From Trichoplax sp. H2 (Eukaryota): 64,000 bases of DNA. Below, one piece after another: positions 42,201 through 55,883 of the stretch. Position 1 is the first letter of the stretch. Every line of letters starts with the position of its first letter. Location: the NCBI GenBank assembly GCA_003344405.1, contig NOWV01000026.1, positions 558,001 to 622,000 of the forward strand. Reading direction: 5' to 3'. A program made the position numbers and the translations under genes. The notes under the pieces were generated by a model. It ran no database searches. It saw only the letters and a list, made by a program, of their open reading frames with translations, and was not told the origin of the DNA.

Positions 42201-45200
42201 GGCACCTAACATGGACGCATTCAATTCTGCATAGCTTTTAATACCATTGTTACCAAAGGAAGCAGGCAAATTCCCTAAATTACGATATAAATTGGATTAG
42301 TCATTGTTATCAGGCTGCCAAATCACATGAGCTATATATATTCAAATTGTTCAAAAATTACTACGAATTCGAAAATACACGGCTTACTAATAGTGCAGTT
42401 TGTTCCTGCCCATCCAGTATTGCAGCTGCATCTATAACTATTCCATTCAGCAATGCAATTGCCATTTGCACAAGAGGACGTCTGACACCCTGAGCTATTA
42501 GTGCAACTTTGCTGAATGGCAGCGTTGCTCGTAGATCCGTTACTATTAAAAAACAAGTTGCTATTATCATATTTAATATTACGCATGCATCCAGTGTAAT
42601 TAGAAGATGTCGATGTAGATGTGGCTAAAAGGCGTCTAACAGTCGGTGTAACCGGTGCAGATCCGCCAAAGTAGAGGGCACTGACTTGAGGTAAGGTAGA
42701 TCCTGCGACAGGTGTTGATGCTTGGCATGGCAGCCCGGACGAGCCGGTAACAGCTAAAGTAATGCTGGAAGAAGTCGAGGAGAATGCGATATCACTCCAA
42801 CTTGAGTAAATTACACCGCAATCGACGCTTACAGTAAGAATCCCGTTATTAGTTGTCAATGCTGCCGTTATAATACCATTATTCATACTAATAGTTAAGG
42901 CGCTACTACCTCCTGATTGAACAAGGATTGAGTCGCTGGTAGTAGAATCTGTTATAATTGAAAACTGCAAGCTAATCTGATTACTTGGGATCACAGCAAA
43001 GGCTGTAACTGCATCGTTATTAAAGTTAGCAGATACAGTATAATTGCACCAGGTTCCGGTATATTCCGCAGAACAAAGACATCTGAATAAGCCAGGTCCA
43101 TTTGAAACGCAAGTTGCTCCATTTAAACATGGATTACTATTACAAGCCATAATTTCTTGATCACAGATTGTTCCATTCCATCCAAAAGCACACTGACATG
43201 AATAGCTGTTAAGATGATCATTACACGTAGCACCGTTTAAACATGGATTAGACGAACACTCATTAATATTAGTTTCACATATTACTCCTGTAGAACCATT
43301 TAGACATTGACAGCTATAGCCGTTGACTTGATCTTGACAAACGCCTGAGTTTTGACATGGGTTAGACTGACATTCATTAATATTAGTTTGGCATCCATCA
43401 CCAGTGTAGCCAGGGCTGCATGAACAGTTATAGCCTATCGGATTACTGCTACTCATAGTTAATGATGATAGATCCATACAATTACCATTAACGCAAGGAT
43501 TTGGATTACAGAAATCGATGCGGCTGCTACAATTTTGGCCAGTATAGGCAAAACTACAAGAACACTTATAGCCAAAACCTGTATCAGTACAATTAGCACT
43601 ATTAACACATGGATTAGGTTGGCAATACTGGATAGAGGATTCACAATTTAAGCCAGTATAATTAGGTAGGCAGTCACATCTGTAGCTATTGGATAATTCA
43701 ATGCATGAACCACCGTTCGTACAAGGCTGATTTCTACAGTAGAAAACTCTTTGCTCACAATGAGTCCCATTATAGCCATCGGCACAACTGCAATTGTAAG
43801 AATTTATACCATCAAAGCAGGTTCCGTTATTTTGGCAAGGCATTGATTGGCACTCATTAATATTAGTTTCGCACCGGGTTCCAGTAAAGCCTACATTGCA
43901 ATTACACTTATATGAACCAACTTGAGATTGACAACTACCATATTGGCAAGGATTAGAAATGCAAAAGTTAACTTGAAACGTGCAATAATCACCACTCCAA
44001 CCATTAGGACATAAGCATTCTGCTTTATTCAGATTGTAATTTGTTCGACAGCTACCGCCATTTTGGCAAATGTTCGGATTTGGGGCACATAAATCAAGTC
44101 TTGTCTCACAGTTAGTTCCATTAAAAGCTGTTGTACAATTACAGCTGTAACCGCCAAGAAAGTTGTTGCATAAACCTCCATTGAGGCAAGGATTGCTACT
44201 GGTATTACATTCATTAAAATCTAAATCACAATTTTTACCTGTGTAACCAGACAAACAGTTACATTTGTAGTCATTAATTAAGTCAGTGCAATTTCCATTA
44301 TTTTGACAAGGATTAATTTGACATTCATTGATTTCAACTTCACAACGTGAACCATTGAAACCAGCAAAACAGGTGCAGTTGAAATAGTCAACGTAATGTT
44401 GGCATGTGCCATTTACGCACGGATTGGATTGACATTCATTAATATCAGATTCGCAGTTACTGCCGGTATAACCATTTAAACAATCACAAGTATAGAAGTT
44501 AATCTGATCAACGCAACTACCGCCATTGACACAAGGTGATGAGCTACACTCATTAATTTCAAAGCAAGAGCCGTTAGTTTCTTCGCTATAGCCAGGTTGA
44601 CATTGACATGTATAATTATTTATTCCATCTAAACAAACAGTATTAAGCTCAGTACAAGGATTAGGCTCGCAATCATTTATATTTGCCTGGCAAAATGTGC
44701 CATTGAAGCCAACTGAACAGGTGCAGTTAAAACCATTAATGTCATCAACACAAGTTCCACCATTTTGACACGGCTGACTCTGGCACTCATTAATATTTGT
44801 TGTACAATTTCTATCAGTATATCCAGGATTGCACTGACATTGATAGCTTCCTACTGTATTTATGCAATTGCCAAATTGGCATGGTGAACTTTCTGCACAC
44901 TCATTTATATCGGTAGTACAATTTTTACCTTTGTAACCGGTGTTTCCACAATTACATGAATAAGTTCCTCCAGGTTGTGTTGGATTGCTACATTGTCCGT
45001 TATTTTGGCATATTCCAGGATAGATATTACAGTACAGAGTAATATTCGAGAATTGACAATTAGAACCGAAATAAATATACTCTTGGCAGTTACAACGATA
45101 AGTTGCGCCTGTAGATGGTGGTGGGACAATGTTACTACAAGTGCCATTATTCTGGCAAGGATTCGAAGTACAGAAATTGATGTATTCAGCACATGTTCTA

Positions 45201-48200
45201 CCTGTATATCCAGTCTTACAAATACAGGTATAATTATTTCCATTATCAGTATTAAGACAAACAGCACTTCCAACAGAATTACAGGGATTTCTAGTACATG
45301 CTGCTCCCAAGTCGGTTTCACATCTTATCCCTGTATAGCGTGGTCCACAGTAACAGAAATAGTCATTAACTAAATTAAAGCACTGCTTTATACCCTTATT
45401 TGCTACCTCCGGAATTTTACTACATGGATTATCGCCGCATAATTGCACCTTGTCTTGACAGTAGCTACTTGGATTAATATAACCAGTTGGACAAACACCT
45501 AGTAATTGACAAAACACTGATAATTAAAAGAATTTTACCTAATATGCTAGACGGTAAATGTAATTTACAAATCAATAAGTAGAATGAGAGTAACTAAGCT
45601 ATATACATTACCATTTGTAACATTTGGAGTACAACCGGGCGAACATTGCCAAACAATATTCGAACTGTTTTGAGAATTAGCAAAGACTGATTGATTCATA
45701 CAACCATTATATTCAGCTGAAATTATATTATCTCTGATCTTTCCGCCAAATAATGCTTGTCCAACCGGTTGAAAGCTTGAAAAGGAATCGTTCACTAGAA
45801 GGTCATTATTACCAGTACCAAACTGAGCTATAACACTGAAGTTACCGGAGTAACCAGAGTTACTTATACCGCTTGGGGCAAATCGGATCGTATTCCAATT
45901 ACTATCATGTAAATTTAGTCCAGCCTGTATGCGATACGTTATACCACTGGAAGTTGTCCATTGTAGGACAGCAACGCCACTTGACAACTGAATAGAGATA
46001 TTTGATAGCCCAGCTCCAGGTTGGTAAACAAGGGTCTGCGTAGGATAGCAAGTTTTAAATGTGATACTGAAAGTGTTGTTAGGATTAAATTGATCATCGA
46101 CAATATAAGATGAGCCAGAGAAATAGGCCAGATTAGATTGACCATGGATTACATTGTTAGAGTACAGCAATGATATAGAATCTGAAAATAAAGGTATTCA
46201 ATTTATCATTAATCTATAATTTTACTGGATGATGTTAACTTTGTTAGGAACATCTAAATCGAATATGTTGCAATTGGTAGATAGCCACTGTCTATCGTAT
46301 TTATGTTCCGTTAATTATATATTATGCGCGTAAATATTTTGTTACGTTAGTAATAAATGACTAGAGTTATATAACTATTTGTAATTGTAGCCATAAAATA
46401 CTTACTCTCATACAAGATGCGTAAGATTTCGATAAATGAAACAGATATTGAACTTATATTTCATATTATAGTAATAAGTATTTCAAATAGCAGTTAATAT
46501 TGCATTTTATTAAAAGCTGTTTCTTAATATGAATATCCGAACACTTTGCATAAATGCGACGCCCTTACCCAGTGTTGTTATTCTGTATTAGAGATGGAAA
46601 CAGTAATAGATGAATTTTAGAGCTAAATTATGGTTACTAGGGCGAAGAGTAGGAGAGTAGCAGTAGTTCAATCATAAATAGCTTAAAATAAGAGAGTAGC
46701 ACTTTTAAAAGGTGTTATTTAGTAAGATATATGACCGAAGATTTCGTAATTTCTACTTCGTCGGCTTAGGTGTTTTGTAATAAAATAAAATTCAAGTCCA
46801 TGTCTTTTGCTATGTGCTGTTTCATAGCAAAATTGAGTTTGAAATACCTTTACTATTATAAGCCTCACATACCTTGGTGTCATTAACATTCAATAACGAG
46901 ATTTATTAATTCTACTGCATAGCTTACTATAATTTGACAATTGCAGGATATAATAGAGGCATACTAACATTTTAAAAATGTTATTATAAGTTCTGTAAGT
47001 TTTCACGCAGATTAGTGTGTGTTAGTAAATGAACAAGAAAGGTTATACGAATATATATATATATCTGCTCATAGGGTTTATCCTTTACTGATATTATTAT
47101 TAGTTTACGATTTGCAATGCACATTAACCATAAATTACAAATTGAATAGGACAGCTAGAAATAGATATCGGTATATCGAAGAAATATTTTTGTTTGGTAT
47201 ATTTATCATAAAAATCAGTAAATCCTCAAACTTTCTTTTATTATTACCAACTATGAGGCCTACTACTAATATATTCCTTTTCAAAACAGTAGAAATTATA
47301 CAGACGACTCCTGATGATCAATTGTTTTAACAGCAAAAAGTATGTATTATCTTTAAGAAATGATAGCCTTTATTTATTTTTCCTCTTGCTAAAGCAAAGA
47401 TCTATGTAAAATGAAGGCGCAATAAAATGTGCTATGACATCGTATCTAGGCCGTCAAAATTGTGGACACTAATTTTAAAGTTCTAATTTTGAGACTGACT
47501 AGTACTATCTCATACCTGCGCCTATGACAGGTGCTACGTCTTGCAATGCTCTAAGCAGTACTATACATTCTACGTTTATGAATTTAAATATTGGATTTTA
47601 TGAAGTATACGTGCACATTTACCCATTTATAAATATTCAAACCCCGCAATCGTGTTTTCAATACAGTAAAAAGGGATACCTAATTTAAGGCTATACAGTT
47701 AGTCAAAACCTTAATTATACGCCGTCCTAAGTATCAATAGTAACCTGGAATAAGGTGGAACTACGATAAAGCTTTTTAACCGCAAACAATTTTTGAGAGT
47801 CCCACTATTTCATCACTAACTATCAATATATTGGTGTCACTATCTAGGGCATTTCTTGAATAAAGATCAGTAACGCTGTTTTGTGTTTGATTTTCTTTTG
47901 ATTATTAATTATTTCGCTACATTTGTAGTATGTTTATGTTTGTGATCATAATACTCTAGTGAATTTGATTTCTTGCACTAAAACTAAAGAAAATAACCCT
48001 ATAATTAAAGTATTTTCACCTAATTAAAGTTTAGTCAAATGAAACTACGAAACTTAGTAGTTACACCATTAAGCTGATGATGAGAAATTTACCGTAAGAA
48101 TAAATCTTAGTTAGTAATCAGAATAATTAAGTAATGCTTATATATGTACATGGCTAGTCTCAAATTTAGAACTTATTTGTGGTATAGGTCAAAGTATATT

Positions 48201-49186
48201 CGTACTTATGCTACGGCCTATTTTTTACTAAATTGTCAAATACTCTACTAAAAGTTTTCAAATCCAATTTGTAACAAGACTGGTTATCAAATAGCTACTT
48301 CCATGGTAAACTATAGATAAAATTAACGTTGTTTGGCAAAATTTATTGCAGTATAACCTGCTACAGCCCATATAAGTAAGATATTCCTTTAAAAATATCA
48401 CTTGCTCGTAATCACCGTACTTTAATGAATCTAAATCTATGGATTGAATATTTACTTTTGCATCGAAAGGACATACTTCTATTACTTAATAGGAAGACTT
48501 ATAAATTCATTACCCAAGCTTTCATATCATCATATTTTAACTAGCATTATATGTTACTATGTACAAATGAAATAAAGCTAAGTTATAGCTATTCCTACAT
48601 TAATAACACTGTACGTGGTACGACGTTCATACTTCCATTTTTATCATCGAAACCTTTATGGAGAGAGGTTGAGATAACAAAGGAAACGCGAATTATATCA
48701 AGTGCACCATTTAGGTAAAGTATACAGTATATCATTCAAGCTAATTGAATGCATATGCTGGAGTGTTGTTTACAGTGCCAATATAACCTTACCATCGAAA
48801 CGCCACAAAAAATCGAAATTAGTCCTGATGTCAATTCATTACATAGTAAAGTATTACCTTCAAGAGTGCTTAAATGTATTGAGCTTTGGTTAACTCTAAA
48901 AAATGATACTGCAATTAATTCGTCTAAATGCTATCAATAACTACGTATATTTGTCAGTATGTGATGACGTTTAGACCGTCTAGAACTGCTATGCATTTCT
49001 CGAACAAGTTAAAAACATATATATGAATATCACCATAACTACTGGAGTACCATTTTCTGCCTTCATCAACTTCAGGAAGTCAAACAAGATAACTCGATAG
49101 ACGTTTTATTTCATAAGAATATACTTTAACTTACACAAGAATAGTATTGCTGTCCAGGGATGAAATTTCATCTTCATTTCGACCAT
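39299..49186 (-). CDS. crb: Crumbs-family protein B: signal peptide, LamG, ~20 EGF, 3 LamG interspersed with EGF, ~7 EGF, S/T stalk, TM, tail ending ERLI
   Basis: Exons about 49186-49135 (MVEMKMKFHPWTAILFL), 46181-45612, 45498-42388, 42274-41510 and 41040-39299, with compatible phase-1 junctions. Three membrane-proximal LamG domains as in canonical Crumbs; TM IGIAMGVTGFILIVIIIVVYVVI; tail KNRAKQGRFNPSKQEE...LPPRERLI carries the hallmark ERLI PDZ-binding motif. Confidence 0.92.
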
Positions 49187-50169
49187 AGAATAACGGGAGA
49201 ATACGTGCAACCACTTTTCAGGTAATAAAATCAACTGAATTCAAAATCTAGACAGTGATTACTACAATATTACTTCTAAGTAGAAATTTGCAATTATTCA
49301 CTTGACTTGGACGCTTCTGTCTAAAATCTAGATTAATTCTTGCAATTTCGCCATATGACGATCAATATTAAACTAATAATTCTATTTCCAGTAATATAGC
49401 ATCAATGCTACTGTTTTTGAAGAGGATTCAAAAAGTTTTTGATGGTACTCTTACTCTTATCACTTACTAACTAGTTGAGTAATATTGGACTAGGATCACT
49501 AGTATAATCGACTAGTAACTTTATTATCCGTTTCCACATTTAGATATAACGGTACTGTCCTGTTGATATATCAACTAAGCGCAGTACTATCAAGACCTCT
49601 TATTGGCTAACGGGTTTTGATTGCGATGATTATTTCAGCCCTACTACGCTGCATACTGTACAGTACTAATCGGTACTATTCGGTCTATACCGTGCCATGT
49701 TGAGGTAATGTTAATTTATTATTATTCCAACTATAATATGGGAAGTGCCTATGAGTCACGCTTTGGTTTCTATGCTTTGGACATTTGAGCATGACGCATG
49801 CGAGATGGTGGGGCACGCTTTGTGTAAGCTGTAGGGTGGAGTCGTTTAGCCGTGAGTCTCGAGGTATGGTTGGTTGTAAATCACCTTGTAGACATTGGTG
49901 ATTCATCTGATCACGTCATGAATAATAAGTTCCATGGTACGGAGTATTTATAATTTAGTTTATTAGTCAATTGTTTCTTTAAAATATACGAAGAAGATAA
50001 ATGCCCTTGCGCTTACTGTTAGCACAGTACTATATAATTTTGCTTCGCATTAGCCGTCTATTAATTTTAGGGTTATGGTTCTAAAGCCGCTTGGTGTATG
50101 TGGTTCATGTAGTAAGAGTCAAACGAATTAAAAGCATCGAAAATTTTTTGATTCCCATGAGACGCCTTA

Positions 50170-50520
50170 AATACTGTAGCTTACTGTACTGTAGACTGTA
50201 GAGTACAGTAAATACAGTGGATAGTACAGTACAGTGTACAGTACTGTACAGTACAGTATACTGTAGTACTGTACTGTTACTCTAGTACAGTACTGTACAG
50301 TACAGTGTACAGTACTGTGTCATGCAGACACCACACTGTACTGTATAACTGTACTGTAAAGTTGCCCATTTTGGGCCACCGTACAGTGTACTGTACAGTA
50401 CTGTATGTACAGTACTGTAAACTAAATTCATGGTACTGTACAGTACTGTAAACTAAATTCATGGTACTGTACAGTACTGTACTGTACTGTACAGTACAGT
50501 ACATTATACTGTACTTCGCT
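50170..50520. repeat. Low-complexity (GTACT/GTACA)-rich palindromic repeat with an internal ~31 bp tandem duplication
   Basis: Dense tactgtacagtac words; ctgtaaactaaattcatggtactgtacagta occurs twice in tandem at about 50415-50476. Confidence 0.85.
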
Positions 50521-51893
50521 GAAAGTACCGTAATTCATCAAGTAACAGAAACAGCAGCCAAGATGTTAGCGTACGACGCCGTAGTTACTACAGTAATAAA
50601 TATGGTACTTTACTGCTTTATACAACTAGGCACTACACAGAAGGAAATAAGTTTTGAAAAGTAGTAAAAAAAAAAAATAAAGTTTTTTAAGTCTTGATCC
50701 TTATGGAATAGCTCATACTGGACTTGCTAAATATTTCACCATGATGAAGCAAGAAAATTTATAGTAATCCGATTTACTTTTTACTTCAAGGACTAAAAAC
50801 AGTGTTATGAGCTTTACCTATACCTAATTCATACTAGAAAATATCAATGGTTTAAATTAAATATTGCATCAATTCAAAGTTCATCGTATTTTGCAGTTAT
50901 TTATTTATTAATTTTAATGTGGTAGATCTTTTATTTGCTGTTAACGTGATTTGAAAATAACTTAGTTCGCAAATACAAAGGTGGAGCTCAAAGTCGAATG
51001 ACAATTAATTTATCCACAAATACTAAATATTACTTGATTGAATAGGTAATTTTAGACCAACGAATGAAAAAAATCATCGATTATGTTATCTACAGTAAAA
51101 AATTTCATGGAATTAGTGATTGATTGCAAAAGTAACTTGATTGTTAGCCATTTGATATGAATTATAATGCACTACAAATACGCACGCAGTAAATACGCCT
51201 GGATGATATAATTATCATATAATTATCCAACTGATGCCCAACTTTGTAATTTAGAGTTGATCGGGTGATAATTTTGTAGTAATGTACCACAGATGTACAA
51301 TTTTATTCGCTAAAAACGGATACATAATAGCAGTAATTATCTTCAAAGCTTTAACAATAAATACGATATTTTTCGTAATCGTTACTAATAAGCTTGGTAA
51401 CTCGGTAGCATAAATATGAAACCGTGCTAATGAGTTTACTGGAACTGTAATAGTGTGCTGTAACACTCTATGAACTAACTACGGTATATTATAATGATCA
51501 AAATTCGATCATAATAATGTCGTGCAGGGAATCTACCTATGATAATTTAGTATTTAAAGTTATGAACTTAATCCGCTTATATCAATACGCAGCGGCAATT
51601 CTTCTCAGTTAGCAGTGATAGCCAGTCGCCATAATTGGCCTATTGTTGCTTCTACGAAACTTAAAATAACAATGAACGATTATAAACCGCGATAATAATC
51701 CTACCTACTGATGTACCATAGATAGATTGGCGATGCTGCAATTTGATAAATAAACACAGCTAGTTTGATATATAACAGCAACGTTGCCAGTAACTGCATA
51801 TGATTATAAATGTTTTATATCAGAAATAAAGCTATAAATTTTCTTTAGTGGCTACTAGTGAAAAAAAATACTCGTTTATGAAAGCAAGTCGTT

Positions 51894-53282
51894 ATGAAAT
51901 CTATGCATGATTTTTTTTTTATATCAATAATCATATCATGTGAAATTCTATCTACCATCAATGGCAATCCTCGGATAAATCCAAAAGCAAAGTCATGGTC
52001 TGAAACTCCCAACACAAGTCATGATCACCAGCGTAGGAACCATATTAATTCTTCGTCAATACCTGATGAAAAATGGGACTATATCGAAGTAAGACCTGGA
52101 GCGCATATGTTTTGGTGGTTTCATGGTTACATAGGCCAAAGCAAATCACGTCAAGATATACCATTAGTTTTATGGATGAATGGCGGACCTGGTGACTCCT
52201 CTGTTGGTCGAGGTAGTTTTTATCAGATTGGACCTGTGCAAATGAATCTAACACCTCGTCAAAATACCTGGTTAAAGCAAGTTAACCTGCTATTTATAGA
52301 TTATCCAGTTGGTGTAGGATTCAGTTACGTTAGCTATCCATCGGCCTATAGTACAACTGACGTTCAAGTAGGTCAAGATCTCTATCATGTTATAGCTGAA
52401 GTATTAAGAAAAATAACTGCCCTACAAAATGTACCACTTTACATAATTGGTGAATCTTATGGAGGTAAAATTGGTGCTATCCTTGGCCATCAATTAATTC
52501 AAGGCAATTTAGCTGGTCAAATTCAATGTAATTTTCGTGGGACTATTTTAAGTAGTCCATTTATATCACCAATGGATACAGCAGCATCATATGGACCCTT
52601 TCTTTACGCGATGTCATTGATTGATGATACAGAATTAAATCAATTAAATCAGCATGTGGAAAAAATAAAATCCTTAATTGCAACTGGTAATAACAAAGAA
52701 GCATCACGGCAATTTTATGTTATGCTATACATAATGCTAGAATTGACAGCTAATGTTAATATATACTACGTACGTATGCATTTTCCTATCAACATCTTTG
52801 CTAGATTAGTGAATACGGCCGATGAAAATAGCAGTAATAACAATAATAATCCTAGTGAAATGTATAAAACGATGAATGGACCCATACGTAAAAAATTAGG
52901 TATAATACCTGAAAATATTACATTTGCTGATTCTAACCCTGCTGTTGGATCATACTTGGATCCAAGCTTCGTTACCGAAGTTACAGAATACGTCGATCAT
53001 CTATTAGCAGCCAACGTATCTGTCATGATAGTCAACGGCCAGTTTGATGGTATTGTTAATATATTAAGTTACCAAAAATGGTTGAAAAAGTTGAAATGGA
53101 GTCATTTAAATCAATTCTCGAATACCCAAAAATTACCTGTTTATGATTCGAACGAACGTATAGTTGGATATAAGCAAAGCTATAAAAATTTAGAATACTG
53201 TACTATATTAGATACTGGACATTCACCAACATTAAGGATCCCTTATAAATTAATGGAGCCATTTCAACCTGGTTTGACTTAA
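51894..53282 (+). CDS. SCPEP1: Serine carboxypeptidase S10, SCPEP1/RISC-like, secreted, single exon (copy 1)
   Basis: 462-aa ORF with a signal-like N-terminus; WDYIEVRPGAHMFWW, LVLWMNGGPG, NLLFIDYPVGVGFSY, catalytic Ser GESYGGK, GPIRKKLGIIP, Asp in NGQFDGIV, His in TGHSP. Confidence 0.9.
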   Translation: MKSMHDFFFISIIISCEILSTINGNPRINPKAKSWSETPNTSHDHQRRNHINSSSIPDEKWDYIEVRPGAHMFWWFHGYIGQSKSRQDIPLVLWMNGGPGDSSVGRGSFYQIGPVQMNLTPRQNTWLKQVNLLFIDYPVGVGFSYVSYPSAYSTTDVQVGQDLYHVIAEVLRKITALQNVPLYIIGESYGGKIGAILGHQLIQGNLAGQIQCNFRGTILSSPFISPMDTAASYGPFLYAMSLIDDTELNQLNQHVEKIKSLIATGNNKEASRQFYVMLYIMLELTANVNIYYVRMHFPINIFARLVNTADENSSNNNNNPSEMYKTMNGPIRKKLGIIPENITFADSNPAVGSYLDPSFVTEVTEYVDHLLAANVSVMIVNGQFDGIVNILSYQKWLKKLKWSHLNQFSNTQKLPVYDSNERIVGYKQSYKNLEYCTILDTGHSPTLRIPYKLMEPFQPGLT

Positions 53283-55883
53283 TCTTAAGGTAGCATATTT
53301 AAGCGTATATGAGTATCTTATTTAAAGTCATAATGCATCACGTTATAACTAAATTATAAAATTTGAATGTAAAATCGTGATTAATAAGTTCTGATATTAA
53401 GACATGACTGTTGAAAATTCGCCTTAAATTGCTTTAATTTTGGCGCTAGAGCAGTATGTCAAAAATTTAGAGTACATGTATATGGTTTCTTGCCACTTCG
53501 AGTTACTATAATGCTAAGCCGTTTATTAATTTCTCAATTGCACGATATATAAAAGAGTAATTCAAACTATTGATGTAAAGCATGAGATTGATTTGTTCTC
53601 TAGCTATTTTTGTGATATTGACGAGGTTTCTATTTACATATTTAAAACATTATCTCTTTACATATTGGAGCACTGCCCAAATTAGCTTTAAGATTAAAAT
53701 TACTGTATTGTACGAAAATTGATCAATTGAACGTTTGATTGTAAGATTGTGTAAGTGTATATTACAGATAATTACAGTACGAATTGTAGTAATTCTATTG
53801 AGATGTTTATGTTAACGTTCTGAGACTCAGATAGATTGTGCTGAGTATGTTATCAATATGTCTTTTAGGATTAAGTAATAATATGGTTATCGGCAACCGC
53901 ATTACGAAGATTGATAAATAAAGAGAACATCTGAAAAATAGAATTTACTACATCGTAAAGTGAAAATTCATTTTTGTTCTTCAAACTAATTAAAGATCAT
54001 ATACCTGATGCAATTATTAGCAATGTGAGCTCTGTAAGGGTAATGATATGCTGCAATAACCTGAAGATTGAAAAATAAATTAACGCGGTGCATCTGTTAT
54101 CTAGACTCGAAATTAAGTATCTATCCATATACCTATAAAGTTGTAAAACACAAGTGATAGAAATAATTGCGTAAGGGTAATACTTTTGTACATAGAAGGG
54201 GCTGATTTAGCATATCTCAACGGTTGTTTTACCGTAATTAATATGCCTAATACATATACGAACATATCCTATTCGATTATGCATAGCCTCTTTAATTACA
54301 AAGTACATTCATTTTACAATCTTAATAAATTGACAAGCTTCAGGATGATTATTTATATCATCTACTGCGATTGTGAACTGCTTTCAAGTTTTGAAGAAGA
54401 CAAGAGTTAAATATCGTAAGCTATTAGTACTAGATAGATAGTGATATTTTGATTATAGTTATCTAATACCAATATATAGATATGTAAAAATTGCTTTGGG
54501 AATAGCAAAATTAATTTGTACCCGTACATTAGACTCAGTAAGTTGTATCCTATATCTACAAAAAGATTAGCGCTAGATGCAGATTATGTCCGACTTCTGA
54601 AGTAGATAAATTAATAGATTAAAGAAGTTTAACATCTAATATAGGATAAATTCAAATATTACGGCAGATTTTTCATAATCATCTTTAAGTACAGCTATTG
54701 AAGGTCATAATTTAGCAGCCTATGCAATAGAGATGATATTGTTCAAATAAATATAACGTTATCTACATGCAATATGTCGTGTTAGCTAATAGAAGGTCAT
54801 TACTTAATTATCTAGAAAACAATTCATCGCACTTTTTGCAGCGACAGTTTAGGTGCCGTATAATTTAATTTATCTAATTTTTTTCAATATATTCTAAATG
54901 CCAGATCGGTGATCTATGCCCTAACAAATTACTTACTATAAACAATTTTAGTTCGGATACTGTAATGCAGTTTAAAATACTCGTATAATATAAACTTTTA
55001 AAAAAGTCTTGATTCTAGCGGATGTATATATTATGGTGGCCTACATTGCCAGTCACATAGTACTAGTATTAATTGCAACTACTGTTATATTATCAAGTAA
55101 ATTGTTATGATTTTAGTCAAATGTTTATACAATACATTGACCTGTACTAAAGTATTCGCTTGACGAAAATAACCCTTCCGAGATCTGTTAGTAAATAATG
55201 CTAAAGTCCAAAATTTCACTTCTTGTATTCTAATCAACCCTAAATTTACCTATTAAATGACTATCTTACTGAAAACTTAGCATCTATCATCAAAAAACAA
55301 AAACCCAATTGCCGTATGTATACTAATGTAATTGTGTTTGATTTACAACAGTTCTTCATAAAAGTGCATTAAAAAGATAAAATGCCATTTGATCTATTAG
55401 AGGAGGTGTACTGATTATAATTATTGAACCTTTCAATCGCAGTGATGCAGCTAATCATAAAATGATCTTCATTACATCCGATAATATTTTAGGAATGTTA
55501 AATATCACCTATAGCATATTTATCTAAGCTAAAGATCATAGAATAAATAAAGATCTACATCTACAAGATTTTTTTAATTGTTTATTGGATTTACAGGAAA
55601 TTGCTGAGATAGCCATGCCGCTATTTTAGGATACAGAGGAGAAAGATGTAGCATTTAATTTATTAATTAGATAACAAAAACAACATCACTTTTCTATTTA
55701 CGTTATACATCTAATATAAGTAATCATATAATTTATAAACTTGGTAAACTAAAGTTGGTAAAATTCCCTGACATATTATTTTCTTATAAAGTAAAAAAAT
55801 TTTGACTGATGATAATTACTGACGCTAAGAAATCAGCTTGGAGTTTCAAGTATTAATTTTATTAAGCGGATGATAATGTTATC

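Noticed and set aside
30732..46145. Many nested alternative-frame and antisense ORFs inside the Crumbs exons
   Set aside because: These are expected by-products of Cys/Asn/Gly codon bias in EGF repeats, with no independent motifs.
50277..50664. ORFs rich in YCTVQYSTV (also at 58842-59260)
   Set aside because: They are translations of the GTAC low-complexity repeat.
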